NCBI GenBank assembly: GCA_050293845.1
Contig: JBNKNM010000036.1
Location: forward strand, 1-36,638
DNA length: 36,638 nucleotides
Source of the DNA: Pseudobacteriovorax sp.
Lineage (GTDB): Bacteria; Bdellovibrionota_B; Oligoflexia; Oligoflexales; Oligoflexaceae
Direction: 5' to 3'
Notes under the pieces: model-generated
Seen by the model: only the letters and a program-made list of their open reading frames with translations
Told to the model about the DNA's origin: nothing
Databases searched by the model: none
Shown: positions 28,867-36,638 of the stretch, one piece after another
Numbering within the stretch: position 1 is the first letter of the stretch
Layout of the letters: every line of letters starts with the position of its first letter
Translations under genes and position numbers: made by a program

Positions 28867-31800
28867 GTATAAAACAGCTTTGCGTCATTCTTGGGAAATC
28901 GCGTCCTACAGTGGTTGCGAGGCTTAAGGGTATTGATCCTGTCCGAATGAATGGACGAGAAAAGCTGTATAAATCATCAGAAGCTATGACAGCTTTTATG
29001 ACTGAAGAGAAAACTATAACTAAATGGCTTTCGGTATCTGAAATTGCGGAAATGCTGGAAGTAGATGAAGTTGAAGAGATTAGAGAGCTTTTAAATGGGC
29101 TTGAAAGTAAGCAAGGTCGCTATAGGCTGAAAGAGGCCATGGCGACTATTTACGGTTTTCAAGGATTTAAAAAAAAAGATGATATTAAACAATTGATTGA
29201 TGAGGAACAGTATTTAGAGGATGAATATGATGATATAGACGCTATTGAAATTGGTGAAGTTGAAGAAATAGAAGAAGGTGTAGGGGAGGTTTCGCATGAA
29301 GAGGTAGAGGAGGTAAAGAGTGTAGTGGGGGTCAAGAACAAGACCTCTATAGAAATAATGCAAGAAAGGGCATTTGAAAAAGACTGTGTGCACTCCCTTA
29401 TGCATCTACATAAAATAGGTATACGTCGAGAGGAGTGTATAAGGAGGCTTTCAGAAGTTTCTCAAACAGGCGATATTAATTTCCAGGTATTGAAATATCT
29501 AGCCGAGGTTGAGCGTTCTACAAAGATCTATAAGTCTTCAGGTAGACCGTTGCAGGATAGCGAGAGGGAAAAGCACAAGCTTGTTACGCTGAGGCAGATC
29601 AATATGATGCGCTGGGGTGTTCGTGAGGTAGATTATTATTTAAAATGGACAGATGATGAAATCATTGAAGATGGTAAGTATCTAGATAGCTTATCAAACG
29701 AGGAATATAGAAGAATCCAAGAAGAAAAATGTAATATTCTAACGCGTAATATTGTGAGAGATGACCCAGAATATATGTATTATGGATCGGATCAACATTA
29801 TTATGACGATAAATCATATATTCCTAACTCTGTAGATGATAGTTGGCTGAGTGATGGGCTTACCACAACTCTATGGTATGAGGGTAATCTTGATTATAAA
29901 CGACACGCAGGCCAGATGCGAGCTAGAGAGTTCACCGAAAGAATATTGACAGCTAATAGAATTATATTTCCGGTATGGCTGACTACGCGGCGATGGGGTA
30001 AATCTACGGATATCGGTAATGACGATCTTGCATTTATGATGCGTCACGCGTTTTTAGGTAAAGATCACTATAAAACATACGTATTTCAAAGGTCGCAAAA
30101 ACAAGGTTGGGGTACATATTTTCCAATATTTAAAAAGCTTACAATAGATGCTCCACCAGGGTTGGTTAAGTATTATAAGAATGATTGTACAATTGCTATT
30201 GGTGACTCTCTTTTTAATATTGTTTCATACGAGCAAATAGATTCAATAAGAGGATTCGAGACGGCTAATCATATACGATTCGACGAGGCGGGGTTTATGG
30301 ACCCTTCAGAGTTTCATTATTGTAACTCGGCGGCTGTAAATCTCATGCAGCATAGTAAGAAGACTATAATGTATAAATCGTCAGCGCCACGGAATGCCGA
30401 TCATCCGTTTGCAAAGGTAGTGGAAGAGGCAAGAAAAAATGGGCATCTATACGAAGCCACAATATATGACAACCCGACTCTTTCAGATGGTCGGAAAGAG
30501 GAGGTTATTGCACAGCATGGTGGTATAGATTCGGTTTATGCGCAAAGGGAGCTTTTTTGCAAGATATATGACGATAGGTCAGGGAAAGTTATTAAAGGAT
30601 TCACAAAAGATAATATTGTAGAAGAAATAAAAGTAGAAAGATACGGTAATATAACGATAAATGATCGATCAAATAAAAATCATCACGATGTTTGGTTATT
30701 TTGTTTGTACGATTTCGTAAAAGATATTCTTTATATCTTAGATGAATTGGTTTTTAAAAAGCCAACGCATAATAGTATAAAAGTTGAAGAGGTTAGGAAA
30801 AAAGAGCGTGTTGTATATGCTGGTGAATCAGCTCATAGGATGTCGGATTGCACGTTAGATGCAGTGGATATATTCGCTGATACCTATAATCTAGCTGTAG
30901 AGCGGATAAAAAACAGCTCTAAGGATGAGCAGATACAAGAGGCTGATAATGGGCTGTATCAGGGAAAAATTAGAATACATAGTCGCTGCGTTTATCTAAT
31001 AGGATCGGTTAATGAAACGTATTGGAATAAGACATATACGAATATAAAAGAAAGTAAGGAATATGGTCACGGTGATGGTGTTATGGCGTTGGTATATGCA
31101 TATAGCAATAGAAAGAAGGCTAGGAGAGTAAAAGATCTAGAGATAACAGAGTTCGAATACAATATATGGTCACAATCATATAAGAGCAGTTATATCGGGG
31201 TTGTATGGAAAAATATTCAAACAGATGAAGGCTGGATAATATCATTATCAGATAATGGCAATATAATCGCATCGGCTGAATTGAAAGGATCATATCATGA
31301 AAAAATGAAGATCATACATAAGATTGTCATGAACTCCAGAAAACCAAAACTTATGTATGATGTGAGTGCGACAAGTTCATTGCTCCAAGATGAGATGGGG
31401 CAGATAGGGTGTGAGGTTGAAAAAATAGAGTTGGATAGTGTTACTAGGAAGTCTCTTTTTTATGAACTTAAATACGAGGTCGAGCGAGATGGAATTAAGT
31501 TTGATAGCACCGATCCAAGGTTAGAGGTATATTACGATGCTGTTAAATATGACGATGAACTGGATTATATTAATGTAGATGCTATGATGATTGCTAATCG
31601 TATGCGTAGTAAAGATATATTGAAAAATCGAGAGATTAATCGAGGAGGTTTAATAAAGAAATCGAATATACGTTATTACGGTAAGGATATGGATATAGGA
31701 AAAATCAGTGTGGTTACTAGCGTGACAGCTATAGAGGAGGGCGGAAGCTGGGTGTATGTTAAGAAGTCATTGGGGAAAAAATATAATTTTTGGCACAAGG

Positions 31801-32135
31801 CCGGAAGGTGTGATACTGAGGAGTTGTTGTCACTCTTTGATAAAAACAAGAAAGGTGTCCTTTTCGTGTCAAATGAAGAGAGTGTTAAAATATTAAGATT
31901 GCGAGCTTTTAAAGAGGGTTTAAGGCTTTCTATTAAGAGTTTTGAGGTGACAGGTAGTCAGTCGGATTTAGTAGAGGGGTTTAGGGATGGTCGGGAAGTT
32001 TTTCCTGAAAAAGAGGATTGGGTGGAGCATGTCTTAGGTAAGATTCTGATCTTTCCCAAGGATGGTTTAAGTTATTTGCAGTGTGGCTATAAATTGGATA
32101 TTAGTAGAATTGCGACTAGAGGCAAGAGAGCGTGA
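28845..32135 (+). CDS. terL: Extended terminase large subunit (N-terminal HTH repeats, ATPase, nuclease, two extra nuclease-like domains)
   Basis: Walker A RRWGKST, IRG, Walker B FDEAGF, SSAP, TIYDNP.L, RELFC, HGD...AL.Y. Confidence 0.85.
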   Translation: MDSVEEVSIKQLCVILGKSRPTVVARLKGIDPVRMNGREKLYKSSEAMTAFMTEEKTITKWLSVSEIAEMLEVDEVEEIRELLNGLESKQGRYRLKEAMATIYGFQGFKKKDDIKQLIDEEQYLEDEYDDIDAIEIGEVEEIEEGVGEVSHEEVEEVKSVVGVKNKTSIEIMQERAFEKDCVHSLMHLHKIGIRREECIRRLSEVSQTGDINFQVLKYLAEVERSTKIYKSSGRPLQDSEREKHKLVTLRQINMMRWGVREVDYYLKWTDDEIIEDGKYLDSLSNEEYRRIQEEKCNILTRNIVRDDPEYMYYGSDQHYYDDKSYIPNSVDDSWLSDGLTTTLWYEGNLDYKRHAGQMRAREFTERILTANRIIFPVWLTTRRWGKSTDIGNDDLAFMMRHAFLGKDHYKTYVFQRSQKQGWGTYFPIFKKLTIDAPPGLVKYYKNDCTIAIGDSLFNIVSYEQIDSIRGFETANHIRFDEAGFMDPSEFHYCNSAAVNLMQHSKKTIMYKSSAPRNADHPFAKVVEEARKNGHLYEATIYDNPTLSDGRKEEVIAQHGGIDSVYAQRELFCKIYDDRSGKVIKGFTKDNIVEEIKVERYGNITINDRSNKNHHDVWLFCLYDFVKDILYILDELVFKKPTHNSIKVEEVRKKERVVYAGESAHRMSDCTLDAVDIFADTYNLAVERIKNSSKDEQIQEADNGLYQGKIRIHSRCVYLIGSVNETYWNKTYTNIKESKEYGHGDGVMALVYAYSNRKKARRVKDLEITEFEYNIWSQSYKSSYIGVVWKNIQTDEGWIISLSDNGNIIASAELKGSYHEKMKIIHKIVMNSRKPKLMYDVSATSSLLQDEMGQIGCEVEKIELDSVTRKSLFYELKYEVERDGIKFDSTDPRLEVYYDAVKYDDELDYINVDAMMIANRMRSKDILKNREINRGGLIKKSNIRYYGKDMDIGKISVVTSVTAIEEGGSWVYVKKSLGKKYNFWHKAGRCDTEELLSLFDKNKKGVLFVSNEESVKILRLRAFKEGLRLSIKSFEVTGSQSDLVEGFRDGREVFPEKEDWVEHVLGKILIFPKDGLSYLQCGYKLDISRIATRGKRA

Positions 32136-32143
32136 GGAGAGTA

Positions 32144-32374
32144 TTATGATGTCGGGTTAGATTTTTTTGTTGTTTTTATTGTTAGCTCGCAATCCATAGA
32201 CTCGATAATCCGAAGTAGTGTTGTTAGTCTGACGTCAGAGTAGCCCGACCTAATTCGGCTAATGAGTGTTTCATCAGATATTTTCATTCCTTTTTCGATT
32301 CTCCAGTTTTTCACAGACCCATATTTTTTGATATTAGACTCTATTTTTTCTTGTAGTAGCTCTAAAAAATCCAT
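32144..32374 (-). CDS. Small XRE/Cro-type HTH regulator
   Basis: LISRIRSG..DVRLTTLLRI..SM..EL.I; SD before ATG 32374. Confidence 0.8.
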   Translation of the reverse strand: MDFLELLQEKIESNIKKYGSVKNWRIEKGMKISDETLISRIRSGYSDVRLTTLLRIIESMDCELTIKTTKKSNPTS

Positions 32375-32409
32375 GTTCACCCTGCGCGTAATGCAAGAAA
32401 GTACCCATT

Positions 32410-32441
32410 GATATATAATATACAATTGTATATTATATATC
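32410..32441. promoter_or_regulatory. 32-bp perfect palindrome between divergent genes
   Basis: GATATATAATATACAA|TTGTATATTATATATC. Confidence 0.8.
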
Positions 32442-32516
32442 GGTTGCAATAGCATAGTATATGTGAAGGTCGAAAATATTTAAATACAGCTAGAATGACG
32501 CAGGGGGGTATAACGC

Positions 32517-33068
32517 ATGAAAGATATCGATGTATCGACTATCTGGTCGGCGGTAAAGAATCGTGACGGGGAGATAAAAGAGGGGGAGAAGTATGATTTT
32601 GGCTATGGCTCCGAGCTGATTTGTGCAATCCAAACACTGCCCGATCGTATATGGGTGCAGACCGAGTCTAGGAATCTATACTACTATAAAAATGGCATAT
32701 TCTCGGAGTCTAAAAAGCATAAGTATGTGGTGCTTGTTGTGGGTGAGTACGAGGACCATATGCAATCTATAGTAGCATTAATAGAGATGAGCGGGGTTAA
32801 TTGTGAGGTTTTTGAGTGTGATGGCGGTGAGTCAGCTCTTGAGTATTTCGATTCTAATAGTGACATTGATTTAATCGTGACTGATAATAAGATGGCTAGG
32901 GGTGATGGTGTGTGGCTCATAAAAAGTATTCGTAAGAGGTCAGGTGTTCCTATTGTAATTTTTTCTGGGGTTTTGAATAAAATTGAAGATGGTAGAACGT
33001 ATCTATTTAATAAACCGCTAGATGTTGATGCATTTTTGAAAAAAGTCAAAGAAATTCTTGGGAGCTAA
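32517..33068 (+). CDS. Receiver (REC) domain protein with N-terminal extension and no output domain
   Basis: IDLIVTDNKM..GDG, PIVIFSG, KP.D motifs. Confidence 0.85.
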   Translation: MKDIDVSTIWSAVKNRDGEIKEGEKYDFGYGSELICAIQTLPDRIWVQTESRNLYYYKNGIFSESKKHKYVVLVVGEYEDHMQSIVALIEMSGVNCEVFECDGGESALEYFDSNSDIDLIVTDNKMARGDGVWLIKSIRKRSGVPIVIFSGVLNKIEDGRTYLFNKPLDVDAFLKKVKEILGS

Positions 33069-33073
33069 TGCAC

Positions 33074-34765
33074 TTAGTCCCAAGCTTTCTTGGCAGCTTC
33101 CCATGCTTTTAAGCAGAGTCCTTTTGATACCGTGTTTTCAAGCCTTTTGTAGACTAGGTGGTGTGATGGGATGAATTTTTCATTAAGTATTATATTGTGA
33201 ATGGTGTTGTAGATTTTTTCTAGGCTTTCCTCTGTTCCTTTTCTTGTTGATGCAGATAAGATGTCATTTTTAAAGTTTGTCTCAATGTGATTGGCTAGTC
33301 TTTCAAACTTGTCATCCTCTCGTGATTTTTTATTGATTTCAAGTGATCTTTTTCTTATAAAAGAACTTGGGTCGTAGGGCTTGTATTCTAGTATTATGCC
33401 CTTGTATTTTTGCTGAGACTTAAAATCCATCTGATCATGTCCGAGTATTTCACGTCCATAGACAATATCATCAACATTTGGCTTGTTGGTTTCAAATGAG
33501 TACTTTCTATATAAGGTACGCATAGATTTCGCGTCTAGGTTCTGCTTAATTGCGTAATGTATAGGAAATATGTTTTTTACTGCGTTGTTGTAGTTGTGTG
33601 CGTAACGGCTATTAACAAGTTGGCAAGCTGCTTTAGAGCCATTGATTTCTTTATACTCTTTTAAACCAGTCTTTTTTCTTATTGTTTCTATGGCTTGGTT
33701 TATTTTTTCTAGATCGGAGTATACAGGTATAATGTAAGGCTTGTATTTTACATGAATTACATCATCGGTAGATTTTGTGTCTTCTGGTAGTCGGGTGTCT
33801 CTTTTTTTGAGTTGTCCTGCAAAAAGGCAATGTCCTTTTGTTATGTCTACACCAAAAATCTCCTTCATATTGTTTTGCTGAATTGGTTCAAAAGATCCTG
33901 TGACAAGTATTTCCGAAGCCCTGCGACCTGTTACAGCGGCCAAAGCTGCGAATAGTTCGAATTCATCAAATTTGTCTTGGTTATCCAAAATCGCTTGAGC
34001 GGTTCCTATGATTGAATTTATGTCGATGGTTTTCTGTTTTGTTAGTCTAGTCTCATCGTTTTGTGCGATTTTATTGTTTAGTTCTATGGTTTGTTGTTTA
34101 GTTAACTGTGTATACCTCAAGGCAGGGTGTCTATAGTTAAGTTTAGTTAGAAAAATTTCGATAAATGGACCGGAAAAATGTTCGGTGATGAATCTATATT
34201 GAGGACTATTTGTGCCCTTTTTTATGTGAGATTCTAGCGTGGATAATTGTTGGAATGAGAAAGTTTTAAGTATTTGGGTTTCTTTAGGAAATTTTTTCGA
34301 TAGAATTATTAAGTCATGAGTGAACTTGGGGTCGATGACGTTAAGGTTTTTTATTTTTGCTGCAATGTTTGTTAATTCTTTTCGGCAAGTTGCTAGTTCG
34401 TAAGTCTCTATTAACAAGTTTCTATGGTAGTAGGCGAAGTTGTGTAGTTTCTTGATCCATATTTTATGCTTTTCTTTTGAGTATGGTTTAGGTAGGAATT
34501 CATCATCAATAGCTATGATACCATCTATAAAAGTGTTTTTTAGTTTACTAGCTCTACCTCTAATTATGTTTTTTTTGGGTTTTGATTTTTTTGGATTCTT
34601 CCAAATAGAAGCCACTTTGTTTTTTTTATAGACAATGTAATTTAAGTTTATTGAGAAGCTTTGGGCTTGTTTAGGTAGAACTTTATGTTCTTTTAGAACC
34701 CTCATTATGTCCGCTTTATCATTTTTGCACTGAATTTTTATATTATCGTCTATTAATAAGTACAT
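33074..34765 (-). CDS. tel: Telomere resolvase (protelomerase)
   Basis: LAAVTGRRASEI, FAGQLKKR, Y.IP, MR.LY, ILGH......QKY motifs of the TelN/TelA/ResT family. Confidence 0.92.
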   Translation of the reverse strand: MYLLIDDNIKIQCKNDKADIMRVLKEHKVLPKQAQSFSINLNYIVYKKNKVASIWKNPKKSKPKKNIIRGRASKLKNTFIDGIIAIDDEFLPKPYSKEKHKIWIKKLHNFAYYHRNLLIETYELATCRKELTNIAAKIKNLNVIDPKFTHDLIILSKKFPKETQILKTFSFQQLSTLESHIKKGTNSPQYRFITEHFSGPFIEIFLTKLNYRHPALRYTQLTKQQTIELNNKIAQNDETRLTKQKTIDINSIIGTAQAILDNQDKFDEFELFAALAAVTGRRASEILVTGSFEPIQQNNMKEIFGVDITKGHCLFAGQLKKRDTRLPEDTKSTDDVIHVKYKPYIIPVYSDLEKINQAIETIRKKTGLKEYKEINGSKAACQLVNSRYAHNYNNAVKNIFPIHYAIKQNLDAKSMRTLYRKYSFETNKPNVDDIVYGREILGHDQMDFKSQQKYKGIILEYKPYDPSSFIRKRSLEINKKSREDDKFERLANHIETNFKNDILSASTRKGTEESLEKIYNTIHNIILNEKFIPSHHLVYKRLENTVSKGLCLKAWEAAKKAWD

Positions 34766-34810
34766 ACATATTCCTTTCAGTAGAATGTAAATTACTTATC
34801 GGATAAAAAT

Positions 34811-34839
34811 ATACTACGATTAACATGGAATAAAGTCAA
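34811..34839 (-). promoter_or_regulatory. Sigma70-type promoter for the protelomerase
   Basis: TTGACT-17 nt-TAGTAT on the minus strand. Confidence 0.55.
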
Positions 34840-34958
34840 TAGGTGTAATAAGTAATTGTATAGTCTAAAAATGCTACATAATAATGATCAAAAATTTTAC
34901 ACTGTTAAAATTATAAACACTTGTAAATATTAGTATGGTATGGAAAAATAAATCATAG

Positions 34959-34986
34959 TTGACATGTATATCATAAAGTTTATAAT
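34959..34986 (+). promoter_or_regulatory. Consensus sigma70 promoter for the NTase-HTH pair
   Basis: TTGACA-16 nt-TATAAT. Confidence 0.75.
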
Positions 34987-35029
34987 CGCCGTCACGTCAT
35001 AATTATTGCAATAAGAAAATGGAGGCAAG

Positions 35030-35587
35030 GTGACGATGGTTCCTAATTTTAATTCTGATGGGCTTTTGCCTCCAGGTGAGTATGAAGTGACGTTGGCTGG
35101 ATTAAGGGGGTCGATACTAGTGAATGGTGACGGGACGTCTCCAACTTGGGATCGGGAGTGGCGTTCTAAACTAGTTGATAACGTTGGTATACTCGCGGCT
35201 CAGTTAAGGTCTGTGGGGTTTCCTGTGCTTTATATAGACGGGTCTTTTGTTGAGAATAAGGATCATCCTAATGACGTCGATTGCTATTTCGATTGTTTTG
35301 AGCCGGATGATTTTATTCGTCTTGCTAGTGGAGAGTTGTTGGATTCTTTGAATTTAATTGATCCTTATAAGGTGTGGACCTGGCGGAATGAGGATAGACG
35401 TCCTTATCCTGGTTATGCAAAGAAACAATTGCCTATGTGGCATAAATATCGTGTAGAAATTTATCCTAATACTGGGAGACCTAGCGGTATTCATGATGGT
35501 AAGGGTAAGTCACTAAGGTTTGATCAAGCCTTTAGGTTATCTAGATTCGAAGATAAGCCTAAGGGAGTCATCAAGCTAATTAGTTAA
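35030..35587 (+). CDS. DUF6932-like putative nucleotidyltransferase
   Basis: GLLPPG.Y, YIDGSFV..K..PNDVD, KG.I motifs; SD GGAGG. Confidence 0.78.
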   Translation: MTMVPNFNSDGLLPPGEYEVTLAGLRGSILVNGDGTSPTWDREWRSKLVDNVGILAAQLRSVGFPVLYIDGSFVENKDHPNDVDCYFDCFEPDDFIRLASGELLDSLNLIDPYKVWTWRNEDRRPYPGYAKKQLPMWHKYRVEIYPNTGRPSGIHDGKGKSLRFDQAFRLSRFEDKPKGVIKLIS

Positions 35588-35641
35588 ATATATACATTAA
35601 AAGATGGAAAAACATGAACCCGTCAGTGGAGTAAGGAAGGA

Positions 35642-36067
35642 ATGATTAAGAATGAAAAAGAATATAGGAAAGCGAGGGAGCGACTCAGTGATGAGAGAGA
35701 AGCTATTAATGTAACGCGTTCAGAACTAAGAGGAAGTGGTTTGGATGAAAAACAAATCAAAAATGTGATGGACCCTATGATAACATTTCACAAGCAGCTT
35801 GAAGACGAAGTACATACTTATGAAAAAATTATGAGAGGTGATATTGATGCTATAAATAATTTTGCTGGTATTGGTCGATCCTTGATTGCTATGCGTATAG
35901 CATCGGGTAAGTCTCAAGCGGATTTGGCGTCATCTCTTGGAATAGATCAAGCTAATGTATCTCGGTATGAAAGAAACGAGTATTATGGTGCTAAGCAGGA
36001 CCTTATAGACAAGGTAATTAAAGCTCTTGGTTATAGGGCTATAACTAAATTTGAAAAAGTAGCATAA
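35642..36067 (+). CDS. XRE HTH protein, antitoxin-like
   Basis: MIKNEKEY helical N-terminus; LIAMRIASGKSQADLA..LG..Q..VSRYE...Y. Confidence 0.85.
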   Translation: MIKNEKEYRKARERLSDEREAINVTRSELRGSGLDEKQIKNVMDPMITFHKQLEDEVHTYEKIMRGDIDAINNFAGIGRSLIAMRIASGKSQADLASSLGIDQANVSRYERNEYYGAKQDLIDKVIKALGYRAITKFEKVA

Positions 36068-36153
36068 GTAATAATATGCTTATGGTTTGCGGGCTTCCTT
36101 TTTGGTAAGATAGGGAGTCTTTTTTTGTTACTATTAACGGGGGATTTTTTGAT

Positions 36154-36336
36154 ATGTTCCTGAGTTTTGATGGGAAAAAAATATATGAGTACATGAAGGG
36201 AACACCTGCGAAGTATGAGATACGTGATAACAAGATATATGAGTACATGAAGGGAACGCCTGCGAAGTATGAGATACGTGATAACAAGATATATGAGTAC
36301 ATGAAGGGAACGCCTGCGAAGTATGAGATAAAATGA
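36154..36336 (+). CDS. Small protein built from 18-aa repeats (54-bp tandem, about 2.8 copies)
   Basis: KIYEYMKGTPAKYEIRDN repeated; G-rich SD-like element upstream. Confidence 0.5.
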   Translation: MFLSFDGKKIYEYMKGTPAKYEIRDNKIYEYMKGTPAKYEIRDNKIYEYMKGTPAKYEIK

Positions 36337-36461
36337 AAGATAAAATATAGATGTGTTTTTTAGGTGTTGTTGTACTAGCACTTGTGCATGTTTTATATCT
36401 AAAACACGCATCGATCAAAACCCATACTATAAAAGGGAAATACAACACATTCAAAAATCAC

Positions 36462-36560
36462 TATCAAACACAAACTTATCAAACACAAACTTATCAAACA
36501 CAAACTTATCAAACACAAACTTATCAAACACAAACTTATCAAACACAAACTTATCAAAAC
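36462..36560. repeat. Six perfect 15-bp tandem repeats plus a partial copy, abutting the right terminal repeat
   Basis: TATCAAACACAAACT x6. Confidence 0.97.
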
Positions 36561-36561
36561 C

Positions 36562-36638
36562 CTATCTATAAGCGAAGAATAAAAGTCTAACATATTTTAA
36601 AATAACACAAGAACAAAACAAAAACCGCACAAAACCAA
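36562..36638. repeat. Terminal inverted repeat, right copy (truncated by the window end)
   Basis: Exact reverse complement of 268-344. Confidence 0.97.

Larger units (their letters stand above)
1..36638. mobile_element. Linear telomere phage-plasmid (N15-like lifestyle, contractile-tail virion), near complete
   Basis: Protelomerase, ParA, primase-helicase replicase and a complete head/tail/baseplate/terminase set occur together; the ends are inverted repeats; no integrase or host housekeeping genes seen. Confidence 0.88.

Noticed and set aside
10398..29405. Many short minus-strand ORFs in the late operon
   Set aside because: Fully antisense to conserved structural genes, no recognisable motifs
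33074..34765. Tyrosine integrase call
   Set aside because: TGRRxxEI and FxGQxK motifs point to the telomere resolvase family; no att context seen
34964..34974. 11-bp match ATGTATATCAT shared with 125-135 in the terminal repeat
   Set aside because: Short and AT-rich; cannot be told apart from chance without statistics
36031..36454. Three minus-strand ORFs over the 54-bp repeat
   Set aside because: Shadows of the repeat; the + frame has SD support and synonymous variation
36351..36593. ORFs with QTQTY, NTNLS or LISLC repeats
   Set aside because: Open in several frames only because of the 15-bp tandem repeat, and they run into the terminal repeat

Overview
The window looks like the near-complete genome of a linear, N15-style phage-plasmid. 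It encodes a telomere resolvase (protelomerase, 33074-34765), a primase-helicase replicase of RepA type (982-4350), a ParA with an unusual repeat-filled partner gene, and a full contractile-tail (myovirus) morphogenesis operon (10162-32135). I see no integrase. The last 77 bp are an exact reverse complement of 268-344, which points to long terminal inverted repeats collapsed in assembly, and the window starts on a 6-bp palindrome that could be the hairpin-telomere axis. The most unusual elements are: (1) a 12-bp repeat array both inside and just downstream of the ParA partner gene, a candidate centromere embedded in a coding sequence; (2) a 1096-aa terminase with N-terminal small-subunit-like HTHs and three tandem RNase H-like C-terminal domains, placed last in the late operon; (3) a baseplate wedge protein flanked by LecA-like lectin domains; (4) three coding regions missed by the ORF track; (5) a 32-bp perfect palindrome. 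Some proteins suggest a Bdellovibrionota/Oligoflexia-type host, but that is inference only. All family assignments come from recognising motifs by eye, not from database searches.
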